Shown here: in pieces, positions 1 through 8,553 of the stretch
How the letters are laid out: each line of letters begins with the position of its first letter
Numbering within the stretch: position 1 is the first letter of the stretch
Assembly (NCBI GenBank): GCA_026014495.1
Contig: JAOZIF010000021.1
Span: 33,249 to 81,217 of the forward strand
Direction of reading: 5' to 3'
DNA: 47,969 nucleotides
From: Candidatus Bathyarchaeum sp.
Lineage (GTDB): Archaea; Thermoproteota; Bathyarchaeia; Bathyarchaeales; Bathyarchaeaceae
Notes under the pieces: model-generated
Seen by the model: only the letters and a program-made list of their open reading frames with translations
Database searches by the model: none
What the model was told of the DNA's origin: nothing
Made by a program: the position numbers and the translations under genes

Positions 1-37
1 CTAGCTCTTCATTTTCAGATGGTTCTTCACCTGACAT
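1..37 (-). CDS. Possible 5' end of a gene running off the window (MSGEEPSENEEL...)
   Basis: ATG at 37 on the minus strand, open to position 1, divergent from rtcB. Only 12 codons are visible. Confidence 0.3.
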   Translation of the reverse strand, partial: MSGEEPSENEEL

Positions 38-182
38 TTCATCTACATCCGATTTATATGGTCATTGCTTAGAGCGGTTCTTAAAGATTGTGGTATCAAC
101 ATTTACGACAAAAATACCCTAAGTTTGATGAATCAACAGTTGAAAATAAAATGAAACACAGCACGTAGCATGCCACTCACAA

Positions 183-190
183 TTTATAAG
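183..190 (+). promoter_or_regulatory. Putative TATA box of rtcB
   Basis: TTTATAAG about 35 nt upstream of the ATG at 225. Confidence 0.45.
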
Positions 191-224
191 TTCCCTCTCC
201 AAGACAATACCTAAAGGTGTTTTC

Positions 225-1709
225 ATGAGCAGGCCCAGAAATTTCCGCGAACGCGCACCATCGGTTCCCATTGAAAAAATTGACGAATACAGTTGGCGAA
301 TACCCAAAAGCTACAAACAGGGTATGCGTGTTCCAGGAATAGTGTTTGCTGATGAACAGCTCATAGAAAAAATAAAACTTGATAGAACACTTGACCAGTG
401 TGCAAACGTTGCTCATTTGCCGGGCATCTATACGCATGCAATTACTCTACCGGATGGCCATGAAGGATACGGTTTTCCAATAGGTGGTGTGGCTGCTACA
501 GACTATAACGAAGGCGTCATAAGTCCAGGAGGAGTAGGTTACGATATTAACTGTGGAGTCCGCCTGTTAACCACTAACCTTTCTGAAAGCGATGTTAGAC
601 CGTATCTTGCTGCGCTTACCGACAAGATATTCAAAAATGTTCCCAGTGGGCTGGGTAGCTGTCGCAAAGATTTCAGACTAAACATGCATGACCTTGAAGA
701 GTTGATAACACAGGGCGTGTCATGGGCAGTAGAAAAAGGGCTTGGTAGACCTGAAGATATTGAGCATTGTGAAGAAAGAGGCTGTATGGAAGGTGCTAAC
801 CCAGATAAGGTTTCATCTAAAGCAAAGTCAAGAGGTCTTCCCCAAAGCGGTACACTTGGTTCAGGGAACCACTTCTTGGAAATTGGAAAGGTTGACAAGA
901 TTTATGACAAAAAAGTAGCCAAAACCTGCGGGGTTACTCATGAAGGACAGATTACAGTTTTGATTCACTGTGGCTCCCGTGGGTTAGGGCATCAGACTTG
1001 CTCCGATTATCTGCGTGTCATGGAACGCGCAGTGCAAAAATACAATATTTCAATACCTGACCGAGAGCTTGCTTGCGCACCAGCTACAAGCAATGAAGCA
1101 CAAGATTACTATCAGGCTATGGCGTGTGCAGTTAACTATGCTTTTGTTAATCGTCAAGTTATCACTCATTGGGTTCGCCAGAGTTTTGAAGAGGTTCTCA
1201 AGAAATCGTCTGACGATTTGGGATTAGATTTGGTTTACGATGTTGCTCATAACATAGCAAAAATTGAAGAGCACACCATAGAAGGAAAAAGAACCAAAGT
1301 TTGGACCCATAGAAAAGGTGCAACACGATGCTTCCCACCTGACCACAAAGATGTTCCATTAGATTACCGAACTATAGGGCAGCCTGTAATTATACCTGGA
1401 AGCATGGGCACCAGTTCGTGGCTGCTGGTGGGGACACATAAGGCTATGGAGCTTTCTTTTGGTTCCACAGCTCACGGAGCAGGACGCATGATGAGCAGGT
1501 CAGCTGCGAAACGAAAATTCTGGGGTGCAGACGTAAAACAGGCACTAGAAGGCAGAGGCATTTCTGTTAGAGCAGCTAGTTCTGTTATTTTGGCTGAAGA
1601 AGCTGACCCCGCATACAAGAATGTGGATAAAGTCGTGGAAGTAAGTGACCGTGCTGGAATCGCAACAAAGGCTGTTCGGCTGGTTCCGTTGGGCGTAGTA
1701 AAAGGATAA
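225..1709 (+). CDS. rtcB: RNA-splicing ligase RtcB
   Basis: Motifs PDGHEGYGFPIGG, GYDINCGVR, GSGNHFLE, HCGSRGLGH, YDVAHN, HRKGAT, PGSMG, HGAGR and the C-terminal GVVKG. Colinear with archaeal RtcB; no intein seen. Confidence 0.98.
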   Translation: MSRPRNFRERAPSVPIEKIDEYSWRIPKSYKQGMRVPGIVFADEQLIEKIKLDRTLDQCANVAHLPGIYTHAITLPDGHEGYGFPIGGVAATDYNEGVISPGGVGYDINCGVRLLTTNLSESDVRPYLAALTDKIFKNVPSGLGSCRKDFRLNMHDLEELITQGVSWAVEKGLGRPEDIEHCEERGCMEGANPDKVSSKAKSRGLPQSGTLGSGNHFLEIGKVDKIYDKKVAKTCGVTHEGQITVLIHCGSRGLGHQTCSDYLRVMERAVQKYNISIPDRELACAPATSNEAQDYYQAMACAVNYAFVNRQVITHWVRQSFEEVLKKSSDDLGLDLVYDVAHNIAKIEEHTIEGKRTKVWTHRKGATRCFPPDHKDVPLDYRTIGQPVIIPGSMGTSSWLLVGTHKAMELSFGSTAHGAGRMMSRSAAKRKFWGADVKQALEGRGISVRAASSVILAEEADPAYKNVDKVVEVSDRAGIATKAVRLVPLGVVKG

Positions 1710-1725
1710 GCACACTTTGGCATAG

Positions 1726-2619
1726 TCAAAGTTGGTTCAATGTTCTTAGATAATGAAACAGGTACTCCTGCGCGTAACCAGCATATTCTCCAAAATAGTC
1801 TCTTCCAAAAGAGCTGACTGTCTCGTATTCTTTTGGTGTAAGTGAGCCTTTGCCTGTGATTCTTTGAATAAATGAGGAGTCAAAGTGGTTAGCATACAGT
1901 TTTGTGGCTGCACGTTTCATCCACACATCAATCGGAAATGCCTCAAGTTTTTCTAAAGAAAACAACAAAACACAGTCAGCAACTTTATGTCCCACCCCAG
2001 GCACACCCAACAGCTTTCGCTTAGCTTTGTGGTAATCTAAATGTTTCAAATCTTCCAGAATTAGTTCTCCGTTGTCAATCAGTTGTGCTGTCTTCAAGAC
2101 TCGTTCAGCCCTAAACCCTAAGCCGCAGCTTCGCAAGTCTTTGGGGCTGATTTGAGCTAGTTTGTTTGGTTTTGGGAACGTGTAAAAGTTTGTGCCGTCA
2201 AAGGTTAGCTTTTTTCCAAAGCATCTGGAGATGTTGGCTATCATTTTTTTGATGGCTGGGATGCTCTTGTATGTTGCACAGATGTAGCTGATGAGGCATT
2301 CCCACGGTTCTTGTCGGCATAGTCTGAGTCCACAAAAACGGTCAACTGCTTTTTGCATGTAACTGTCTTTGCATATTTTGGACAAAACAGAATTCAAATT
2401 GTCGTCTAATCTTAGATAATTCTCGATGAAACCATGGTTTTTTGTTTCTGGAAAACACTGGAAACATAATGTTTGGTTGTTTTGTTTTATTTTGACTACA
2501 CGGTCTGTGACAACGCCATACCACCAGTCATTTAGTTTTTGCCATCTGAAAAGTTGCCCACAATCTAAGGTGTGTTCTAAGCTGAATGGACCATTTGATC
2601 TGTTCAGCTCAAGTTCCAT
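1726..2619 (-). CDS. ogg1: 8-oxoguanine DNA glycosylase/AP lyase (OGG_N + HhH-GPD)
   Basis: TLDCGQLFRW, GLRLCRQEPWECLISYI, HhH GVGHKVADCVLLF with the catalytic Lys, FPIDVW with the catalytic Asp, and YAGYAQEYLF. Confidence 0.93.
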   Translation of the reverse strand: MELELNRSNGPFSLEHTLDCGQLFRWQKLNDWWYGVVTDRVVKIKQNNQTLCFQCFPETKNHGFIENYLRLDDNLNSVLSKICKDSYMQKAVDRFCGLRLCRQEPWECLISYICATYKSIPAIKKMIANISRCFGKKLTFDGTNFYTFPKPNKLAQISPKDLRSCGLGFRAERVLKTAQLIDNGELILEDLKHLDYHKAKRKLLGVPGVGHKVADCVLLFSLEKLEAFPIDVWMKRAATKLYANHFDSSFIQRITGKGSLTPKEYETVSSFGRDYFGEYAGYAQEYLFHYLRTLNQL

Positions 2620-2640
2620 AGTTCTTCCTCAGCAGTTTGG

Positions 2641-3222
2641 TTAGGTCTGCAAAAACGGGTTGTATTTCTTTTCGTCGCCTATAGTGGAAAATGATTCGTG
2701 TCCTGGGTAAACTTTGAAGCTGTCGGGCAAGGGCAAAAGCTTGGTCTTTATTGAAGCCATCAACTCGTTAAAAGAGCCGCCAGGAAAGTCTGTTCGTCCT
2801 ATGGAACCTGCAAACAAGGTGTCTCCTGTGAAAACAACATTATCTCCCAAGAGGCATATGCCGCTTTTTGTGTGTCCCGGAGTGTGCAAAACAACTAGTT
2901 TGAAGTTGCCTACGTGTATTACGTCTCCGTCGCGGAGTTTTTTGTCGGCGTTAGCGCGTCCTTTGTGGTTTTCGTGAATTAGAATAGATGCACCTGTTGC
3001 CTGTTTTATCGTCATGTTTCCTGATATGTGGTCAGGGTGACCATGAGTGTTAATTATGTATTTGATGCTTAGGCGGTTTTGTTTGATGTAATCCAATATG
3101 GGTTCAGCTTCTCTTTCGCTTTCTAGTCCAGGGTCGATAACAGCTGCTTGTTTGGTTTTTTCACAGCTTACAACATAACAGTTAGTAGACAAGTATCCAA
3201 CCTTGAAACATTTCACGTTCAT
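2641..3222 (-). CDS. MBL-fold metallo-hydrolase (glyoxalase II-like)
   Basis: THGHPDH, HTPGHT, FTGDTLF, GRTDFPGG, YPGH and NPFL motifs. Start moved to ATG 3222 (GAGGT just upstream); the ORF-track extension to 3330 runs into intergenic repeat sequence. Confidence 0.92.
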   Translation of the reverse strand: MNVKCFKVGYLSTNCYVVSCEKTKQAAVIDPGLESEREAEPILDYIKQNRLSIKYIINTHGHPDHISGNMTIKQATGASILIHENHKGRANADKKLRDGDVIHVGNFKLVVLHTPGHTKSGICLLGDNVVFTGDTLFAGSIGRTDFPGGSFNELMASIKTKLLPLPDSFKVYPGHESFSTIGDEKKYNPFLQT

Positions 3223-3340
3223 CAGATTTACCTCACTAGGCAACAACAACTCATACCAAAAAGCAAACCAAACTATAAAAACTATCCAAAAAAAGTCAGT
3301 TCTACTCGTTACCAAGTTTTTGTGATGCATACAATTTTTT

Positions 3341-3387
3341 GAAAAAAGGTTGTTTTCAACAATGCACCTCTATTAGGATACTAATAG
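3341..3387 (-). repeat. Dispersed intergenic repeat, copy 1 (core only)
   Basis: Minus strand reads CTATTAG-tatc-CTAATAG-AGGTGCATTGTTGAAAACAACCTTTTTTC, matching the copies at 31618, 34091 and 47969. Confidence 0.85.
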
Positions 3388-3407
3388 ACTGCAAATCTGC
3401 TGAAAGT

Positions 3408-3718
3408 GGCGGGTCACCTTGGTTCGACGCCCAGTTTTCGCCAGTTTCCTCAACCTCTGAACTCGTATCCGCGGTCCCCTAAGCGCTGAACGTCCAAGCT
3501 TAGGTTGCTCCCTCCCGGGCCTGGCCAGGTTCGCCTGGTAGACACGGTGAACTGCATCCCTACGAAGGCAGCTCCATGACCGCCAGCCTAAGAGGACGGA
3601 TAGTCACGGTTAGAGGACTGAGGTGCCTGACGGTCTTTGACGCCTCGCCAAAGCATTCAGCCCGTCGTGTAGAGGGTTTACGGTTCAGGGGACCCCTAGC
3701 CCCCCGCCTAGACCCGCC
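3408..3718 (-). ncRNA. ffs: Archaeal SRP (7S) RNA
   Basis: Helix 8 GGCCAGGCCCGGGAGGGAGCAACC. The 5' GGCGGGUC (3718-3711) pairs with the 3' GACCCGCC (3415-3408). Alu-like 5' domain, 311 nt long, TATA-like TTTTAAT about 25-30 nt upstream. Confidence 0.96.
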
Positions 3719-3949
3719 AACCAAAACAGATACTATTGAAAGATTAAAAGTTTGTCACAAAAACTGTGGGACTTTTGTGATGTGCAGTGAATTAAGGTTA
3801 GTTGTTTTTTGTTGGTGTTGTATTTTGGTTTGATTTTTGAGTTTGATTTTATGTGGATTTTGACTAATGTATAGTGCTCCTTATTGGTTTTTCACATGTT
3901 TTATATCGACTTGGGGCACCAGTTTTTGTAAACATCGAGTGTGCATTAA

Positions 3950-4399
3950 ATGAGTAAAGCTGCAAGAATTCTAATTATTGATGATGATAAAACAATAAGG
4001 CAGACTTTGGTGCTGACGCTGGAAGATCAAGGTTTTGTTGTAGATTCTGCCAAAGATGGAAAAGAAGCAATCGCCAAGTCTTTTGCAAATTTTTATAACA
4101 TGGCTATTGTTGACTGGCGTTTGCCTGATATTGATGGAACTAAACTCTTAGGTCAGCTAAAGGAGACCACACCTAAGATGATGAAAATAATGCTGACTGG
4201 CTTTCCGTCAATGGACAACGCTATAGAGGCAGTGAATAATAGTGCTGACGCGTTTCTTGTTAAACCTGTTCATGTTGAGGAGTTGTTGAAAAAAATCAGA
4301 GAGCTTCTCAAAAAGCAGGAATCAGAAAAGGAATACAATGAAGAAAAAATAACAAGTTTCATCGAAACGCGCGTGAAGATGTTAACAAAAAAGGATTGA
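3950..4399 (+). CDS. Response regulator, single REC domain with a short C-terminal helix
   Basis: ILIIDDD, phospho-acceptor region IVDWRLPDIDG, MLTG and FLVKP. Confidence 0.92.
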   Translation: MSKAARILIIDDDKTIRQTLVLTLEDQGFVVDSAKDGKEAIAKSFANFYNMAIVDWRLPDIDGTKLLGQLKETTPKMMKIMLTGFPSMDNAIEAVNNSADAFLVKPVHVEELLKKIRELLKKQESEKEYNEEKITSFIETRVKMLTKKD

Positions 4400-4412
4400 C
4401 ACATAACACCTT

Positions 4413-4736
4413 TTGGTGCCTAAATTGCCACGTCATTATGTTGATACGCTGATTCTAGAAGTAATTGAGAAAGGACTAGATTCGCTAGGGAATAGTCCAA
4501 AACGGGCAATTTGGGTTTTTCTAGAAACAGACTTCAATGTTAAACGGAATGATCTGCCCGGAAACATTAGAGAGTTTCACGAGGGATTGCAAAAAATCTT
4601 TGGTTTAGGGTACAAGTTTTTGGACAAGCTTTTTTGTCATTATCTGCAGGAGGCAACAAAAAAGCGGTTTGATGAAAATCAATGTTTTGCGGATTGTGTT
4701 GAATCACTGTTAGAAAGTGAGAACAACAGCAAATAA
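4413..4736 (+). CDS. DUF3227/NitrOD5-like small protein
   Basis: Pattern LILEVIEKGLDSLG..KRAIW.FLE..F.VKR.DLP..I.EF.EGLQKIFGLG..FL resembles this archaeal family as recalled. Lies directly downstream of the REC gene. Confidence 0.6.
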   Translation: MVPKLPRHYVDTLILEVIEKGLDSLGNSPKRAIWVFLETDFNVKRNDLPGNIREFHEGLQKIFGLGYKFLDKLFCHYLQEATKKRFDENQCFADCVESLLESENNSK

Positions 4737-4787
4737 CAAGCATGCGTTTGCGTTTAACCACTCATCATTGATGCTTTAATTTGTTGC

Positions 4788-4826
4788 CGTTCTATTAATA
4801 GAACGAAACTGTTCTATAATCAGAGC
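4788..4826. promoter_or_regulatory. Perfect 18-bp palindrome CGTTCTATTAATAGAACG plus a degenerate second site (GTTC-N8-GAAC class)
   Basis: Perfect palindrome at 4788-4805. The second site at 4811-4826 matches 12/16 and lies 22 bp further on. Both are upstream of the 4866/5906 operon. Confidence 0.65.
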
Positions 4827-4865
4827 TAATAATCACTTTTTGGCAAGGCTAAAGTGGTGAATTAA

Positions 4866-5909
4866 ATGAAAAACGGAACAAAATTTGTCATCATTGGAAT
4901 ACTTTCGCTACTAGTTGGGACTACCTTTGCTTCTCCTCTGCTAATTGCAGAACTGTCCCCAGGTAACATCAAGCCATACCTAAAACCTCCTTCTGAGGCT
5001 TTTACGTCTGACATAACCAGTGAAGTGTTGTATGCCAACTTCAGCGTTACTCCTGACGTTGAAAACGACAAAAGGGTTAACCTTTCCTACTTTGTTGTCC
5101 TTAACGTTACCAACAACTCTGATGAACCTGCCAACGTTTCTTCTGTGACGTTTGATGCTCAGTTACAGGATTACACATTGCCAGAAGACAATTCAGGCGG
5201 CTACTCAAGCTCGGAGTCTGGTCGGACATGGACGGCAAAAGAAGCATGGGTAGACGGCGTTCACTATACTGTGTCGTGGGTTCCTAACAATAGAGGCGCT
5301 GGTTTCGAAGAAAGCTTTGATTACCAAGGTGACCCAGAACTTGATGGCGAGTGGATAGAAGGTGTGAAAATCCAAGAATACTACATCAACTACGAGCTAG
5401 CTTATACAAAAATCAACATGAACGGAACATGGGTAGACGTAACCGGTAGAATCGAAGTAGAACGCCCAGCCTATTGGCCACCCAACGAACAGCCGATGGA
5501 CGCAGTGCTCATTTGGGACAGCAGAAGTTTACTGCAAGAATCAGCATTGGATACTCATGGCTTCGCAGTTCTGGAAATACCACCTAGAGGTACGCCTGAA
5601 GCATTCAACGAAATTTGGGCACCTCATGAGTCACGGCTAATTGCAGTAACAGACGCACGAGCAGTGCAAAGCAAGTACTTTGAAGCTGAAAAGCTTGAGA
5701 AGCTGAAGACTGAAGAAATCGTGTTCAACACCATAATAAACACTCGGGTAACAGTTGACAACTGGACGGATTCTGCACTCTCAGAAGACAGCATACAAGT
5801 TTTCGTGGAACAAACAGCTGACGGATACGTATACAGTGTTTTGCCTGAAGACACAACATTCACACTTGACGAGTTTGGCGTGGAAGTATTCATTGAACCG
5901 AGGAAATGA
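4866..5909 (+). CDS. Exported hypothetical protein (signal peptide, acidic beta-rich body)
   Basis: N-terminal MKNGTKFVIIGILSLLVGTTFA and many NxS/T sequons. ATGA overlap with the next gene. Confidence 0.8.
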   Translation: MKNGTKFVIIGILSLLVGTTFASPLLIAELSPGNIKPYLKPPSEAFTSDITSEVLYANFSVTPDVENDKRVNLSYFVVLNVTNNSDEPANVSSVTFDAQLQDYTLPEDNSGGYSSSESGRTWTAKEAWVDGVHYTVSWVPNNRGAGFEESFDYQGDPELDGEWIEGVKIQEYYINYELAYTKINMNGTWVDVTGRIEVERPAYWPPNEQPMDAVLIWDSRSLLQESALDTHGFAVLEIPPRGTPEAFNEIWAPHESRLIAVTDARAVQSKYFEAEKLEKLKTEEIVFNTIINTRVTVDNWTDSALSEDSIQVFVEQTADGYVYSVLPEDTTFTLDEFGVEVFIEPRK

Positions 5910-6379
5910 ACGTGAATACTACAGTAGGACAAGAGCCTGAAGGCACAACACTGAACGTGTACTCGTATGTGGTGAAAAAGGGCAAACCTGTGGGTCCACG
6001 AGAAGTCATGAGAGGCGCAAACCTGAGTAGTCCAAGCGTAGCATACTGGCATTTGCAAAAACTCGAAAACTCGGGATTACTTGAGAAAAACAAAACTGGA
6101 GAATACGTCGTCAAAGAAAAAACAAGCATCAGCGGACACATCTGGATTGGACGAAACCTAGTTCCAAGACTAATGTGCTATTCCCTATTTTTTCTAGGCA
6201 TTCTAATCGTAGAGACCATCATCATTTCTGTTCAATTCTTCACAACGGGCCAAATCCCAAACCTTGCCCTATTCTATCTGCTAGCAACAAACGCAATCGC
6301 GTTTATTATGTTCCTTGGAGAAGGCTTACTCCTACGGAAAAAAGCGCATTCAGAAAAAACAGCAACTAACAGCAGCTAA
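5906..6379 (+). CDS. Membrane-anchored winged-HTH regulator (wHTH + 2 TM)
   Basis: TTLNVYSYVVKKGKPVGPREVMRGANLSSPSVAYWHLQKLENSGLL followed by two hydrophobic segments. Paralog at 32945-33373. Confidence 0.85.
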   Translation: MNVNTTVGQEPEGTTLNVYSYVVKKGKPVGPREVMRGANLSSPSVAYWHLQKLENSGLLEKNKTGEYVVKEKTSISGHIWIGRNLVPRLMCYSLFFLGILIVETIIISVQFFTTGQIPNLALFYLLATNAIAFIMFLGEGLLLRKKAHSEKTATNSS

Positions 6380-6408
6380 CACAAACACAATACCTGATTC
6401 AAGCTGGG

Positions 6409-7191
6409 CTACTTTGCTCGTGCGTATGCCTCTACCAAGTCACGCGCCGAAAGAATGCCCACCAGTTTTCCTTTTTTGGTAATCGGTAATCTCTTGATGT
6501 GTTTTGACGTCATGATGGCAGCGGCATCTTGAATACTAATGCCTATGGGCGCAGTGATGAGTGGCGATGAGCAGGATGTCCCTACTTCTACCTTCAATGA
6601 GCGGTCTTTTGCCAAGAACTTGGTGAGCAAGTCCCTTTCAGTGAAGATTCCTATTGGCGCTCCATTTCGGGTTACAATAATGCTGCCTATGCTTTTTTCA
6701 CCCATAACTTTTGCTACAGTTTCTACTGGCGTTTCTTCACCAGCAGTTATGACCTCTTTGCTCATGAAATAGTCAACTTCAAACCACGCCCGCATGGGCT
6801 CTTGGCTTTCAGGCAAACTCCTGATAAGGTCAGCGGCGGTTATGATGCCCACGACCTTTCCGTGTTCACTAACTGGGAGGCGCCGAATTCTCTTCTCAAT
6901 CATCTTTTGAGCCGCCTCTTTTATGCTGGAGTTTATTGATATAGCAATCAGCGGATAAGACATAATTTTCTCAACTTTTTCCTCTTTTATGCTTGCGCCT
7001 CCAGCTAACCAATCTTTCTCTAGGGCAATCTCTTTGTCCACAACTTCACGCAATAGGTCTCTTTCTGTGATTATGCCTACTGGCGTTTTGTATTTTACAA
7101 CTATCAGGCTTCCGATGTGTTGTTCACCCATTATTCGGGCGGCCTCATACAATGTGCTTTCAGGAGGTATAGTGACAACGTTTTGAATCAT
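6409..7191 (-). CDS. CBS-domain protein (two CBS pairs)
   Basis: Repeated GIITERDL, GIITAADL, GIFTERDL and GILSARDL motifs, with RRLPV and KRLPI. Confidence 0.93.
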   Translation of the reverse strand: MIQNVVTIPPESTLYEAARIMGEQHIGSLIVVKYKTPVGIITERDLLREVVDKEIALEKDWLAGGASIKEEKVEKIMSYPLIAISINSSIKEAAQKMIEKRIRRLPVSEHGKVVGIITAADLIRSLPESQEPMRAWFEVDYFMSKEVITAGEETPVETVAKVMGEKSIGSIIVTRNGAPIGIFTERDLLTKFLAKDRSLKVEVGTSCSSPLITAPIGISIQDAAAIMTSKHIKRLPITKKGKLVGILSARDLVEAYARAK

Positions 7192-7372
7192 GATATTTTT
7201 TAGTTCTTGGTGTCGTGGGCTGTCCTGTTTGGGTTTTATGCGTACAGTGTTTTGCTCGCTTGATTCTTTAAGCAGCTTTATCTCCCTCCCTTTGGGCTAT
7301 ATAATATATTGATGCTTAAAGTATATACGTTTGTTCCTAAATGAATTTAACGTAAATACCTGATTAAATGGT

Positions 7373-8383
7373 TTAATCCAAGTACCATTCGCCGACAAAA
7401 AAGACTTTTGAGTCATCTTTTGAAAAAATTGGATGCTGGCACAAAAATTCTGTCGGAAAATAGTCGGGAGTAATGTTACACTGTTCTGAACCGTCAGAAT
7501 TCATCATGTAAAGGTCATAATAGCCTTCAGTTCCTATAGCACTTACCATGTACACGATTTTTTCGTCTGAATGCGACCAAGAAGCTATGCCCTGAGTGTA
7601 ACGCGTATTTGTTAGTGAAGTTTCGTTAGAGCCATCAACATTAACCATGTAAATCTCGTAGATGCCATGAGTGGTTTCATCGTCAACCAGTCGCTCGAAA
7701 ATTATCTTTGTTCCATCAGAATTAAAGTTAGGGTCGTAATCTCCAAACGGCAAAACAGCGGCGCCCCATTCGCCTGCTCGAGGCGGATCAGTAACCTGAG
7801 TTAGCCCTGTCCCGTCCTCGTTGATTATCCATATTTGGCTGTCTCTTGTGAAAGCCATCTTTCCATTAGAGTAGTGCAGGTCGACGTCGTGACCGCCAGA
7901 ATCATAAACAAACACAGTATTGCTTCCGTCAGCATCCATAATGAAGAGGTCTAAGGTTTCACGGTAAGAAAGAAAAACGATTTGAGAATCATCTTCAGTC
8001 CAGCATGGAATCAAGTCCCAAAAATTGTTGTTCGTAATTCGTTTGTAGTTTTCGCCGTTAACATCGATGCTGCAAATTTCTTGACAAAGATTCACAGGTG
8101 AACCTTCTGTTACGCATTCGGCGCTGTTGCCAAACTCGTGAGCAAAAACTAGTTGACTCCCAGAATTGGATAGTCGTATCTTTGTAATCTTGTTTTCCGA
8201 TGAATAGATTAAGTCCGTTTTTTGTGTTTCTAAATCTAGGGCATAGATTCCCCATTTCTTTTCATGAACTAGTTCATTGGGTTCTGGAGTTGGTGATTCG
8301 TTGTTTGCGGTGAATGTAACAAAAACTAAAGCAACTACTACAAATACAACAGCTAAAATGGTAATCTTCGTGTTTATTGGCAT
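7373..8383 (-). CDS. Membrane-anchored TolB-like (PD40) beta-propeller protein
   Basis: N-terminal TM (ITILAVVFVVVALVFVTF), repeats PCWTEDDSQIVF, PNFNSDGTKIIF, ASWSHSDEKIVY and PIFSKDDSKVFF, and DLFIMDADGS-type segments. Start set at ATG 8383. Confidence 0.85.
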   Translation of the reverse strand: MPINTKITILAVVFVVVALVFVTFTANNESPTPEPNELVHEKKWGIYALDLETQKTDLIYSSENKITKIRLSNSGSQLVFAHEFGNSAECVTEGSPVNLCQEICSIDVNGENYKRITNNNFWDLIPCWTEDDSQIVFLSYRETLDLFIMDADGSNTVFVYDSGGHDVDLHYSNGKMAFTRDSQIWIINEDGTGLTQVTDPPRAGEWGAAVLPFGDYDPNFNSDGTKIIFERLVDDETTHGIYEIYMVNVDGSNETSLTNTRYTQGIASWSHSDEKIVYMVSAIGTEGYYDLYMMNSDGSEQCNITPDYFPTEFLCQHPIFSKDDSKVFFVGEWYLD

Positions 8384-8553
8384 TTTACTTAATATCCACA
8401 CCTTGCAAAGAAACATTAAATTTGATGTTAGATTAGCTATTTTAGTCAATATATTATGTAAATTTTATGTAAGAAATCAATCCCATGAGCAGTTAACTTG
8501 TCCAATGTGTAGGAGATAGATAAATAAAAACCGCAAGTGTAAATCTTACGAGG

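Noticed and set aside
225-1709. Functional clustering of rtcB with the intron-containing pcm
   Set aside because: They are about 17 kb apart with unrelated genes between, and rtcB is a core gene. Proximity is not evidence. No intein or intron was seen in rtcB.
3576-3833. 85-aa plus-strand ORF
   Set aside because: Antisense to the SRP RNA and runs into T-rich intergenic DNA.
3885-3908. Fifth copy of the CGAWATG-N10-CATATCG operator
   Set aside because: Only TATATCG resembles the right arm; the left arm is absent.
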